Shown here piece after piece: positions 39,476 to 51,883 of a stretch of DNA of 64,000 nucleotides (position 1 is its first letter; each line of letters begins with the position of its first letter). Where the stretch lies: assembly GCA_051294375.1 (NCBI GenBank), contig CM119263.1, forward strand, positions 4,172,161 through 4,236,160, given 5' to 3'. Source of the stretch: Paraspadella gotoi (taxonomy: Eukaryota; Animalia; Chaetognatha). The notes beneath the pieces were generated by a model. The model was not told where the DNA came from and did no database searches. It saw only the letters and a list, made by a program, of their open reading frames with translations. The translations under genes were made by a program, and so were the position numbers.

Positions 39476-42390
39476 GCGTTGCCAGGCAACGGACGTCGTG
39501 ACGATCGCCTTGAGCTCGAATATCAGAGATATTCGCGAATATGAGACATCGCAGTTGACGTGATGAAGACTGGTGGCAGATATTGGCTCATTGTTGTTTT
39601 TGTTGTGGTCTTTTGTTGTTGTTGTTGTTATTGCTGGCGAACGCGTCTGTCGGGGTTTATCGTCGTCCTTGTCCTCGTTGTCTTTGTCATTAATGTACTT
39701 TTCATCAATGTCGTCTGGCATTGAGTCAAGTTCACCCCGCCTGTTAAAATGACAGTTTTCATGCCACGACACCTTCAGTCGCGAGCCGGTAGCTCATCGA
39801 GAAATACCATCAGCTCATGACCATTAGGTACCGAGATTGATCTCCACCAGGTGCTAACCCCTTGGACCATTGCTGGCGAGGGGGCTAAGCGCCTTATCCA
39901 CATAAACGTCATCTCAGTAATAACTCGTTGTTTGGTAAAAAGTGAAACTTGTCTTGCATCGTGGATTGTGAACTGTAGAGTCCATTCGCGTGATAGTTAT
40001 TTTGAGTGATGTTTTAATGAATCACCATTTCTTGAGGAAATGGGAATCCTCTTAATTCCTGTTCATTCAACTAAAATGTTTCTTTTGTTTTCTCGATCGT
40101 CGCTGTCTTTGTCTATCTTTGTATGTCTTTGTCTATCTTTGTCGTCATCCCGACTCGTATCTTTATTTTATCTTTGTCTCTCTCTCTCTGTCAACCTTTG
40201 GCCTCTTTCAACGGATCGATATTATTATCAAAAGCGAGGTCCTCGACAAAATCTACGTCGTCGTCGTCGTCGTCGTCGTCGCCGTAATTGATTTTTTCCA
40301 ACTTCGTTATTTTTTCTGTCGTCGTCGTCGTCGTCGTAATTGATTTCGCCAACTTCTCTTTTCTCTTTTCTATCGATGTCGTCGTCGTCGTCGTTGTTGT
40401 CTTCGTCGGCGAGTCAAAGTGCTAAACAAACTAACAGAATTAAGTCTAATATATATATATATATACAAAAAATAACTTGTCGCGTTATTGTCATGGTTTA
40501 TGTTGTTGTTGTCTCTAAGTCGTTGGTGCCATCGAACTTAACTCAATATCCTCGAGTGACATTTATCACTTTTATCACAGAAAAAGTTTTAAAAAATGTG
40601 AACAAAGTTTTTGTCGAGTCGAGAATCGAGAAGGACGTCGAACTCTCCACATTCATTTATTCACTCTTCATTCATTATTCGTCCATTTTTTTCAATCATT
40701 TATTCATTCTTCAACGAATATATTATATATCTCGGCAAAGCCAGTCAACTTAGAGAAAAGTTTCATCCCTATTTTCTGTGGAAGAAAGGAAATAGGTTTT
40801 TATCGTTAACTAGGTTAATATTTTCTCTAAAGTTAAAACATTTTAAAAGTATAAATTGTCATGGAGTTAACTCTAAGTACACTAAAAATTATAATTAATT
40901 AATAATATACTTTACTTGAAAACAAAAATTTGTAATCGTATTGATACATTAAATGTTGATGGATAATTTTATAAATGTTAGACTTAAAGTATTCGATCGA
41001 ATATTGAATACAGTCTAGTATAAATTGAATACAAGTACAGTAAAATGTTTATTAAATATAGTAAAATTTACATTGAATAAATTTTAGGAATAAATGTTTT
41101 TATGCTTCAATAACGAATTTTTATTTTATTTTAATTTATTTAGAGTCTTCATCAGCGTTGTTGAAGACTCTAAATAAGAGTCGAAACATGTCCGACTAAA
41201 AATTGGCAATAAAAATTCTTTATTGAAGCACGAAAATGTTTTTCCTAAAATTCCTGAACATAACGAAACAGAAAGGAAATTATTACAATTAAACACTATA
41301 ATTTATTTTGCATACAGTATGAGTTACATTAAATACCAAATAATTTAAATTCAATACAGCATAATTTAAATTGATTACAGTATAATTTTCATTGAATAAA
41401 GTATAATTTTCCTTGAATACAAAATAATTACATTAAATAGAGAATAGTTTTCATTGAATACAGTAAAATTTCCATTGAATACAATATAATTACATTAAAT
41501 ACAGAATAGTTTTCATTGAATACAGTATAATTTCCATTGAATACAGTACGGCATCAAGAGCAAAGAAGAGAAGGAAGCGACGGAGAAGGCACAACGTGAG
41601 CAGGAGACGGCGGGGCGCGTTGGGCGACAGAAAAAAACGCCTGAGGAAATTGCGGCAGAGATGAACAACGACACGGATGAGGGTGAGTTGGCAGGGGAGG
41701 GAGAGAGAGAGGGGAGAGGGGGGAGAGAGTGAGTGAGAGGGAGAGAGAGAGGGAGGAGACGAATATGGAATCATTGCGAGGCACGAGGTGCGTTAAAAAT
41801 CCAGACCCAATGAAATCAAACAACTTTCTTTATTTAATTACTCCAGACCGTTCTCAAGTGAAGCTAAAAAAATATACTATTTTATATATTTATTAAATAT
41901 AATTCTTAACTATATCATTAGTTAGAGAATTACTGGACGTTTTTTGTCCATAATTTTCATTTCGTGTTTAATTCATTTACTATTATTAATTTTTTATCTA
42001 ACACCGTAAAATTGGCGAAAAAAGACCATTTCAGGCTTGTTTTTGATTGAATTAAAGAAAAATTTAACATTATAAGAAATCAATTTATAACGATTTTATT
42101 TTTTTAAAAGATTCAGTTTTTTACGGAAGATGAAAATGGATGACCATTAAAGAAAGGTTGTTTTACATAAGTAAATATAAAATTAAATTATGAAATTAAA
42201 ATATAATAAACGTCCAGTACTTTGCTATTAAATGAGAACGGACATGGGGTATCTTTTTTTTTCGAATTTTAAAATACTGATTCATAATTTCCGATTCTTA
42301 ATTTTCTTTTTCCTCTCAGCTTTTGATCCCATGAAAATGGTCCAAGGTCTCATCGATACAGTGAAGAGCAAACTTCCGTTTAGCCTGTGA
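34614..42390 (+). CDS. cpx: Complexin (synaphin), 144 aa, 4 coding exons
   Basis: Exons 34614-34668, 37561-37733, 41547-41682 and 42320-42390 all have GT-AG boundaries with compatible phases (1,0,1) and total 435 nt. Translation MAAFVAKQMVGNQLSSVK-GAMPGGGDDGG...[40 protein letters not shown]...GRVGRQKKTPEEIAAE...AFDPMKMVQGLIDTVKSKLPFSL* shows the hallmark complexin N-terminus and the central helix ([10 protein letters not shown]). An acceptor at 34593 implies an upstream non-coding exon. Confidence 0.95.
41082..41251. mobile_element. Penelope-like element terminus: inverted repeat with a minimal hammerhead remnant
   Basis: The plus strand at 41158-41192 reads TTGTTGAAGACTCTAAATAAGAGTCGAAACATGTC (mutated CUGAUGA, stem II, GAAAC-ATGT-C palindrome). 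The adjacent inverted partial copy retains CTGATGAAGACTCTAAATAA. Outer inverted arms lie at 41082-41124 / 41208-41251. Confidence 0.65.
41290..41546. repeat. 21-bp minisatellite abutting the complexin exon-3 acceptor
   Basis: Unit ATTGAATACAGTATAATTTCC; further degenerate copies lie at ~41000-41085. Confidence 0.85.
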
Positions 42391-45164
42391 TCATCATACT
42401 ATCATCAATGTAACTTATAGATTTTACTTCACCAATTACTAGTAGTTTATATGATACAAATTGTACAGATGATAATTTTTTTTCTTTTTAGAAATTTTTA
42501 AAAATTTTTATCAGTGAGTCAACTTGTCGAAATTTTAATTTTTTTTTAAAAGATAAAAATCCTTTCCAAATATTGATAGAAAACTGCCTTATGATGATAG
42601 CGGCTTTCATATCATTGTGAATAGTATTTTTATATTTTTTCAGCATAAACAATTATTTAAAAAATTCTCCTGAAAGTTTTTTCTTGTTCACATTAATAAT
42701 GTAATTTTTTTTCTTCATGCTTTTAAAATTAATGATTCTCTCCGTTTAAATTTTTTCTTTCTCATATATTCAATAGACCAAAAAAAATGTATATTCCGCA
42801 GTTGATTTGAAAGTCCCCCTCGAAATATTTCAGGGAAATATTATTTTCGAATTTAAATCATAAATAAGGCAGCGAGAGGATGAAAAAAAAAACATTTGCA
42901 ATTCTTTTGTTTTTAAAATTTATGCAAACTACTACGTTGTCGTTACGATTATTTTTGTATTAAGTTTTTTTTTATTATCATATTTCATTGAACTATGGTA
43001 GCTATTTAAACCGAAAACATCGATTTCTTCCGTGTTTAATTTTTATTTTTAATATTTATTCGATAACATCAAAAATACTACGCGAAACCAGAAAATTTTT
43101 TTAACCAACAAGAAATAAAACAGAATTTTAAAACGTTTTTATTAAGACTAACCTGGTTACGGCCTCAAATGGTCATAAATGTAGGAGGCCCTCTCTTGAA
43201 TTTACCGATCTAAACGAAAACAACCGAGTTATACAAACAAAATAAACGAGATAAAAAACAGTCATTTCCACGATAGTCAAGTTAATGAAAGCATGTGATT
43301 TAGCGTCCGACAAAATGGCAGAATTTTTCTATTCCAAAGATTGTTTATCACCATCATAACAATCTTGTTATTTTTTCCAATGGATTTTCTGTTCTTGGCA
43401 AACAAAAAAAAAGATTCACACAAAGAACAATGGCACTCACGCAGTAAGTACCCTCCGATACGATATAAACAAACAAAATATCAAAATGAGATCTCGGAAA
43501 CAAAAACAAAAAAAAAACAAAAACAGAATCGACGAGTAAATCTGTCGAAATGAAAATTCGTTCAAAAAATATTTTTTCCATCTTAAAAATTCTGCGAATT
43601 TTGTCCAAAGTTTGAGAGAGGCCAAAAATTGATTTCGCGAAAAAAAAGCCAAGCTTGATTTCGGGTCATTGTGCCTTTGATGGTTTTTCTTCCCAAGGTT
43701 CAGGAGACGAATCCAATAACAAATATTCAGTGTATCACTGTCTACCTTTTATTATTACGTGTTAGAAATTAAACAATAAAAATTAACAATCGTTCGCTAA
43801 CTCTTAACCCTAAGTTGTAATGAATTCGACAATAAAGTAACTGTAATTGTTATAGTAATCATTGGATGATCTCTCCAAGTTAAGTTTGTTATCCGAGTCA
43901 TTTTTGTTTTAACAGAGGATTAACAATAAATTGGCGAGAAGGCAAATCCTGGAAAAGCTGATTTTTGTAATTAAACGAAAAATTTTTTTTCATACTCGTA
44001 GCACTAACAAAAACTAAATCTTACTGTTCACGTTATGCATATTCATTTGAAATTTTCCGTGTGACTTGAATCATTATATTGTCAGCATTGATATAATTTC
44101 TTGTGTTTTATATTATTAATACATAAAAAATCTAAAAGTACACTATTGTTATCTATTCAAAAAAATCTCTACTGCTTCAGATATACGATTGTTTGTTCAT
44201 TAACACGGTCTTTATTGTGCGCTAATTTTCGTATCGACATTATCAGTTAATGTCATATATTCTTGTTCTAGCGTTCATTGTTATAGTATCATGTTGATTA
44301 TAACAAAAAAAATTGAGTAGATGCTATACACTTTCATTGTTTCTCTTAGCCAATGTTTTATTTGTGAGTTTTGTTCAGGTTATTTTGTTGCACAATTTGT
44401 TTTCAGAACTGATTTTACTAACAATATATCAAAACAAAAACAAACAAAAAAAGATTTGTTGTGAGTCTGTATGAAGTACAACAATAGATATTAACTTCAT
44501 TATTCCTATAACCATGCAGAACTCGTAATGTAAACCAATGTCATATTGTTGAATAAAACGACAGCATTGGAAACTTGGAGTATATTTATCATTAGACTTA
44601 GTTAAGAATATTAGAATAAAAATAGAGTCATCGTTAATTCCATTAGTGACATTTTCATCAAATTCTTAAAACGAGATTCTCTCAATAAAAAAACAAAATA
44701 TCCTGATTGAATATTCTGCGTAGTTTTCCTTATCGTAATTCTCGCTTTTCGCTATGACGTCCCTCTTACTCCCTTCCATTAATTTCCATTAACTCTCAGT
44801 TTCTCTCTCTCTCTCTCTCTCACTCTCTCTCGAATTCCTAAAAACCTAAAGGAAAAAAAATGAGAAAACAAGAACGATAATTCCAATGTGTTGCGCCGAA
44901 ATGACTTTATTATCACGTGTATTTCCCTTTTATCATATGACATGATAAGACATGACATGACTTAAAAACTTTCAATGCCTGTGTATTTATTTATGACATG
45001 AACTACATCAAATTCCGTCTTTTATTCCTTATAGTTTTAAGAATTCCTGAAGGCGGCAATAGCAGTCCCTTAGATTTGAAGTTTTTTTTATTTTTTTTTA
45101 TTTTTGTCTTAATAAATGAGCTACCAACTATAAGCAAATAAAATGCATTTTTAACGTAAGTAAT

Positions 45165-45254
45165 ACAGACCGACCAACAGACATACCGACCGACAGACAG
45201 ACCGAAAAGTGACTTATAGGGTTGCTCCGCGAGTACACGCGGCGCAACTAAAAA
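45165..45254 (+). mobile_element. Helitron/Helentron-like non-autonomous element 3' end
   Basis: A (GACC/GACA)n tract, AAGTGACT, the hairpin TTGCTCCGCG-AGTACA-CGCGGCGCAA and then CTAAAA. The same motif recurs at 59910-59965 (-) and 60483-60550 (+). Confidence 0.6.
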
Positions 45255-45855
45255 CCCGAATGATAAAACATGGGAATAGACGAAAAGATGACAAGGAAAG
45301 GGATTGAGAGAACGATGTTTCCTCGGTCACTGCTTTCGCGAAAGAATATTTTAATAATCCTGCTTATTTAGTTATTGTAATAAACTAACAAATGCTAATG
45401 TTTTTGTAGTCAATACTTCATCGTAGTAAGACACGGGGAATAACGATTGACACTTGTTACAACAGCAGCAGCAAGAGACAAATTTTCGCGAATCTCGTAC
45501 CTTGCACTGAAAAATCGTTAAAAAACCTGGAATTAATTATTATAACTCAAATAAATTCAAAAATTGGCCTGCAATCAATTTATACTCAGTTTGAAAACAC
45601 AGGAGAAACAAAAGACGTTTGGTCTCAGGTTAGGTCTACTAGATGACTATCTGGGCAGACGAGAAATAACAGATGAACATCTAAAAAAACCAAAAGTTAC
45701 CATCGTCACATCTGATTAACTTAGAATACTGATCTGGCATACAGACCTGGCATACTTTCAGATCGTTCAGTCAGTAAAAAAAATGATCTGGCATATAGGC
45801 TATATTACCGCATACAATCTGCCATAATTTTATCATATTCAGAGTTTAAAAAAAA

Positions 45856-48345
45856 AATTTGTGGTTCCATATGGAACCGGGATTCTTCAAATGGTTCTTC
45901 CCCACCAACAAGTGAGCATCTGCTCAGCAAACGCGACATCTCCCGAGAGAAAAACGAAGAGGAAAACTCCTCTTCCCCGCCTCTTCTTCCCCCTCCCGTA
46001 CGCTACCTCAGTACGCCGAAGACGAACAGAATCACTCGTAGCCAAGCAAACCAAGAGGGGGGAATCCCGCGAAGACTTCCGGTGACGTGCCACGCCCACT
46101 TGACCGGACGTCGTAGAAGGGGGGATGAGAAACCGCAAAAAACCAGTCCATGGACGAAAGCCGGGCCTGGAGAATCTGACGGCCGGACGAGGCAACGGCC
46201 GAAAGAGCTGTCGGGCGATCAGTCGGCGTCCTTAGACGTCCCTGGAGCCCCGCCTACGCTTGGGAGGCGGCGAAGACTTGCGAGGCCGGTAGGGACGGCG
46301 AGCGGGACTACGCGGACTGCCACGCCCACGCTTGCGGCTAGCAGAACAGGCGCAATTGTGTGGCGCCCCGGAGCGGAGAAGCGAAGAATGGAACGCTTGA
46401 GTGACGTCTGTGGAGCGGTCTCCGAAAAAGAACGACGTGGAGGGCGGAGAACTGGACAGAACTGTCTTGAGATCCGAAGGGCAGCGTCGACAACTAAGCG
46501 CCGAGACTCGGAGAGGGCCGAACCAAAAATCGCCGCCAAACCGACGAGGCGTCTCCAAGGGGCTTGGCAAGATCGTCAAGGTGGCCTGCGTCCACTGCAC
46601 CGGGCCCCTCCGAGCGTAGGGCCTCAACCATGAGGCGGAGAGCGTCAGCGACAGAAAGGACAGCATGAGCGGACGCTCCGGCGTCCTCATGATGCGCTCA
46701 AAAGCCTTGAAAGCGTGCGTCGTCTTGGAGTCCTTCCGAACGGCGTCGAACTGAGCGGCAAGGCAACTCTCTTGAGCAGGAGGACGAAACTCCGCCGGCG
46801 AAGAAACATCGACCAGCGCCGGAAACGCGTATTGGCGGAAAGCACGTCCCACGACGGTAAAAGAACGTCGTCCTGGCCAACTCTGCGCAAATCCTTCCAC
46901 TGCTGCAGGACCCACTCCGAAGGCTGTATAGAAGCACGACGAGACAAGAAGTTGTCAAAACCCGCAGCAGACTCTTCAGAGGAGGAACCCTCCTCTGATC
47001 CGGAAACGGAGGCGTGTCGTCGACTTGCGCAGATGGGGCTCGACGAGGAAGGCGTGACGCAGTCACCCGCTCGGAGCGCGAAGGCCGATCCGCCGCCGAA
47101 GAGGCCGCCAAAGAACGCGAGACTCCAAGTCGCTGGCGAACAAACGAAGATCGACGAAGAACGGCGAAATGGCGAACAGAGGCGTCCAAGAACCATGAAG
47201 AAAACGTACATGGAAAAAAAGAGAAATCATTGAAAAATGACAGTCTCAAAAAAAAGGAACCCCAAAAAACACCCACCAAACAAGACAAGCGAGCCTGAGC
47301 CGCCCTCCACCACCGGTGGTGCCAGGGGTGGACGGTGGGTGGTTGTTGGTGGGAAGAACCATGAAGAATCCCGGTTCCATATGGAACCACAAATTCTATC
47401 ATGTAGTTCTTCCCCACCAACAAGTGAGCCTGTAACAAGACCAGGCGAAGGCCCGACAAAAAAACAAACAAAGTCGAGTTAGGTGGGGCACAGGAGGAAA
47501 ACCCCTCTGTACGCCGAATGTACGCCAAAAAAAGGCGAAAACCAAAAACGAAAAGAAAGAAGTACTCACCGCCGAAGACTCTCCAACTCGGAACGAGACG
47601 AGCGGCGAAACTCCTTAAATTCGCGACGAACGCTAGAAAGAGCGTTGCTAATTTGGAGCAGAACTGCCTCCATCTGAAGGGGCATGACTTCGGCCTGACC
47701 AGAAAAGCCCGGAATGGCTGATGGTGGAGGCGGTGGAGGCGGTGGAGGCGGCGGTGAAGGCGGCGGCGAAGGCGGCGGCGGAAGAGACATGAGGGTAGTC
47801 GAGTTGAAAACACGCGCTCAGTCCAAAAAACGGAGAGCACTGGACAAACAAGGGGGCCGAAACAAGGTTCTTCCCCCTGCAGCCGTACTAAGCGCCGAGG
47901 GCAAACGAGAGGGCCGAGTCGCGGCTCTTCCCTCCGCAGCCGCGCAGGGTGCGTCGAGGGCAAGCGAAAGGGCCGAGTCAAGGCTCTTCCCTCCGAAGCC
48001 ACGCACAACGAAGACGAAAAAGATGGCGGCCGTGAAGAGAGAACTTCAAAAAAGCCACGTGTTGAAGAATATCTGTATTCTGAACTCCAAAAAAAGAGAA
48101 ACGAAAAATATGCAAAATTATTTCAACAAAAATAATCAAAAAATTTTTCGTAAAAAAGCCGGGAGACTGAGCGCAAAAGCGCGAACAGAAGAAGTGATTC
48201 TGTCTCGTGTCGGGTACTGAGGTAGCGTACGGGAGGGGAAGAGAAGGCGGGAAGAGGTGTTTTTCTCTCGTTTTTTCTCTCGGGAGATGTCGCGTTTGCT
48301 GAGCAGATGCTCACTTGTTGGTAGGGAAGAACTACATGATAGAAT
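45856..48345 (-). mobile_element. Non-autonomous DIRS1-type (tyrosine-recombinase) retrotransposon with ITRs, ICR and decayed gag
   Basis: Inverted terminal repeats of about 140 bp (45894-46036 / 48193-48332) carry unique outer extensions. The internal segment 47343-47429 is the reverse complement of the right end joined to the left end, i.e. a circle junction (ICR). An AAT trinucleotide occurs at both ends and once in the junction. A frameshifted gag-like reading lies on the minus strand at ~47200-46230 (EWVLQQWKDLRR, YAFP..FRPP..ERPLML, PPSTSFFFGD). No RT or YR ORF is seen. Confidence 0.85.
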
Positions 48346-48919
48346 AAGGTTTTCCGATCTACAGCAATGAAAAAAGGGGTTTATTTTACTTTGATTTAAG
48401 GGTGGTTTAAGATTAAGGGAAATTAGGGTTAAAAAAGTGTAAGTTTAAGGTAATTAAATAATAATTTTGTTAATTTTTTTACCAAAAAAAGTATAAAAAA
48501 CATTTTTTACAATAACAATCCATTTTAAATATGCCATTTGCTAAATTTTTTTTTTTAATAACAACCATTTTTTTCCCCCATTTTTGAGTTTGAGACCTGG
48601 AACAGATTGTTTATATATATACATAGATTGAACCAAAAAAGATTTTATTTTTTTTTAAGCATCGACTCTTAAAATTGTTAATCGTTTAATAGATTAGATT
48701 ACATTAATAACAAGATTATTCTATTTTTTTCTATTTAAAACAAAAATTATTATTAAAAAAATTTTTTTAAAATCTTACGTACATATATGCAATAAAAATT
48801 TTAAAAAGTTAAACCCTTAATTACTACCGGTCAGTAATTTATTAATCCATTAAATTTTATTTTCCTTCTCACCCTGTGACCCACCCCATTGACAAAGTTT
48901 GGCTCTCACTTAGAGACAA

Positions 48920-49390
48920 ACTTTGTCAATGGGGTGGTTGAGAAGTTTGATTTGGGAACCTTCCCAAATGAAACTTCATACATTTCTGAGAAAACTTTCA
49001 ATGGACCAAAAATTTTTAAAATGACTAGAAGCACTTATAATTAATTTTTGAAAATTTTTTTATAGATAGAAAATATCAAAAATTTTTTTAGGAATTTTTT
49101 ATTTTTAAAAGCAGATTCATAAAGCTTTAAAAAGTTATCAGCACAAAGTATAATTTTTTTAAAATATTTTGATCATAAATAAGTCAAAATTAAGAAAAAT
49201 CTGAAAAAATTATCATCATCATCATCCGATGATTTTAACAGTTTTTGCTAATTTTCAGTAATAAAACATCAAAATTTTAAAAAGTTGCAATTAAATTTTG
49301 TGCTTAACTTTTTAAGCTCTATCAGAAAAAAATTAAAATATTTAAAACAATTTTTTTTACATTATATAGCAATATAATAATTTTAATTTT
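48920..49390. mobile_element. AT-rich dispersed repeat (MITE/DNA-transposon-like); inverted homolog at 62068-62541
   Basis: Colinear reverse-complement similarity over ~470 bp (e.g. CTTTCAATGGACCAAAA/TTTTGTCCATTGAAAG, CACAAAGTATAATT/AATTATACTTTGTG, GCTCTATCAGAA/TTCTGATAGAGC). Confidence 0.65.
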
Positions 49391-51883
49391 AATTTGGAAC
49401 ATTTTTACAAAAAAATATTTTAACACAATAACTAATACCAATAATGGATTTGTTTAATACTGTTCCCATTAAAATTTGAATTTGGTCGGCTACCGCTATT
49501 TTGGTTGGACTAAAAAATAGCATTCACTGCCTAACTACAATACTTATCAAGCATGAAATTACATCAATTTCAGATTTTTGTTGTATTTTGAAGAAATGTC
49601 CGATATTACAACACTAGACAATTTTCGAATCATGACATGAAACACAGTAGTAATTTGAAAGCTTTAATGTTTTACTAACAAAGTTGAACGAGCGAGTCCT
49701 TAAGTTCTCCCTCACTGGCCATGAGAAAACGGCGCTATGAGCTGAGCCATAAAGCTTTGTCAATATTCAACTGTATCAAGATTCAATAATTAGTGTAATA
49801 TTCTTTTTTTTAAACCTGGGACATTTCGTTAATTTATGGAGATTGTATGTTTTTTAATAGAGAAAACTTAGCGACTCGTAAGGACTATTCTTAACGAATA
49901 GTTTCAAAATGATTTTGTTTTTATTATTAAAGTAGTATCAATAGCAAAACTCAAATTTTTTTCTCGAAATACTATCTATTAAAAAAAAACCCATCGGCGG
50001 CTCGAATTTCTGAGAAAATAAAATTTCATGAAAAAAAAAGGGAAAATTCAAAAGCAATGCAACGAGTCAATTAAAAAAGACGGAAAAAATTGGAAGGCAT
50101 GCTATTGAACTTTTTCGTAAGAGATCAATATCTTTAAGAAATAAAAGAAAAACCGGATTCCACGACATTGAATCTTCTGAGGCTAAATATAGTTTCTTTT
50201 TTTTTTGGAGAAATTATGGGTTAAAGAAGTAAGAAGCTATCTGTCAGTGTAACCTTATTCTTTGGAGCCAAGTAAGAGGTAATGATTTTAAATTGAGAGA
50301 AAAAACTTGTTTAACTACTAAACTAAATCCTTCCATTTTTACAATAGTTCAAACGTTAAAAGCAACATGTAAACTTAACCAACATTATCTCGATACTGTA
50401 CGTCTAAATATGGGAAAAACGAGGTACGAAAGATACATGGTGTCACAAATAATTTTGTTTTGTCTTTTTCGATCGAAATGCTTCGATGCACTATCACGTG
50501 CAGGGAACTCATTCCAAACTCAAATTTCTTTCGATGGTCAAATTACATAAAAATTTAATATTTTTTTTTCATACAAGGCAACTGCGTGAAAAATTTGCCC
50601 TGATCTTAATCGAAATTTAACGAAAAGAAAAGTTAACAATTTGGGCAGTGAAATATCATAAGACCCATATTTTTTTAAAACATTGTCATTTAAGCAAAGC
50701 AAATTTCGTATTTTAATTTTTTTAATAAAATTATATCACTATAACTTTACTGAATACCCACATTTAAATGGCCGAATAAAAATTCTTTTCAACTCGAGTA
50801 ACCAAACGTCTCGCATTTTCGCATCAGTTCGAATTAAGAGAGAGAGAGAGAGAGGAAATAAAAGAAAAGCGTGCAGTACTGGCTCTCAATCCGATTTTAT
50901 CAGGGGGAATGGGCGAGGAGAAATGGGGGTAGAAACAGTTCTCTCTCTCAAAGTTAACAGAACATTACATTCCAATAACTCCTGATCAGAAAACAAGCCA
51001 CATATATGAGAAAATTTCGAGTCCATAGGAGAGGAATACGTTTGTCCAAAGATGAAGTATCATCTGTTTTATTTTTTTTTTGTTTACTTGGGAGTAAAAA
51101 GGGAAACGATGTGAAACGGGAAATGTGTGGGGGAGAAATATGTATATAAATGGACAGAAGAAATATGATTATGAACAGAATAATTTTTTTTTTAAGTTTT
51201 GTTTTTTTTTGTTTTTTGTTTTTTTACAATCGTTGAAATTGCGAGGTGGTGGAGCGCAGAGGAAGCAGAGAAATCGCTCCAGTGTATGATCGACTTCTTA
51301 ATATAAACACTCGGGGGGGAGAGGGGGGAAGAGTTAAGCTTTGTTTACAGATATTTAAGAAAAAATCGTGCAACTTGGGGTAAGAAAAAGAAATATAATA
51401 TAAATATACAGAGAAATAACGCCACGAACAACGACATAGTAGTTTTAACAATCATACCTTCCCCATTTTAAGCAAGCGTTTCTAAAGTGAGCTTAACGAT
51501 TCAAACGATATCATGACACATTCTTTATTAATAATACAAGATCCAGTGCGTTAAAAATTTAACGTGTAATTTGCAAAAAATGAAAATGAGAAATTCGGAT
51601 ACTATTTAACTGCAAAGCTTCAGTTTTAGAATTGCCTTAGTTTAAAGCTGACCAAAGAGAGGGAGAGAAAGAAAAAGAAATAAAGAAAGAGAAAGAAAAA
51701 AAGAGAGAGAGAGAGAGAGAATGAATTTAAGAGGTGTTTCCGCCCTTAAGTGAAAGAGCGGCCGTAAAAATTGGAGAACCGCCTACCCGAGTCGATCTTT
51801 CAGCAAATCGGTTGCTGTTGCTATCACTGCTGTTCCTGTCGCTGACGTTCTCGCTACAGCCTTCGTCGGCGGTCTCCTTTTCT

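Noticed and set aside
43698-43765. Possible alternative last complexin exon (GSGDESNNKYSVYHCLPFIITC*)
   Set aside because: It has a plausible acceptor and the right phase but no similarity to complexin C-termini and no CAAX; it is more simply 3' UTR.
46698-48008. 436-aa minus-strand ORF and overlapping plus-strand ORFs as host genes
   Set aside because: They lie inside the DIRS element; the long ORF runs across the ICR and low-complexity tracts, and high GC explains the scarcity of stops.
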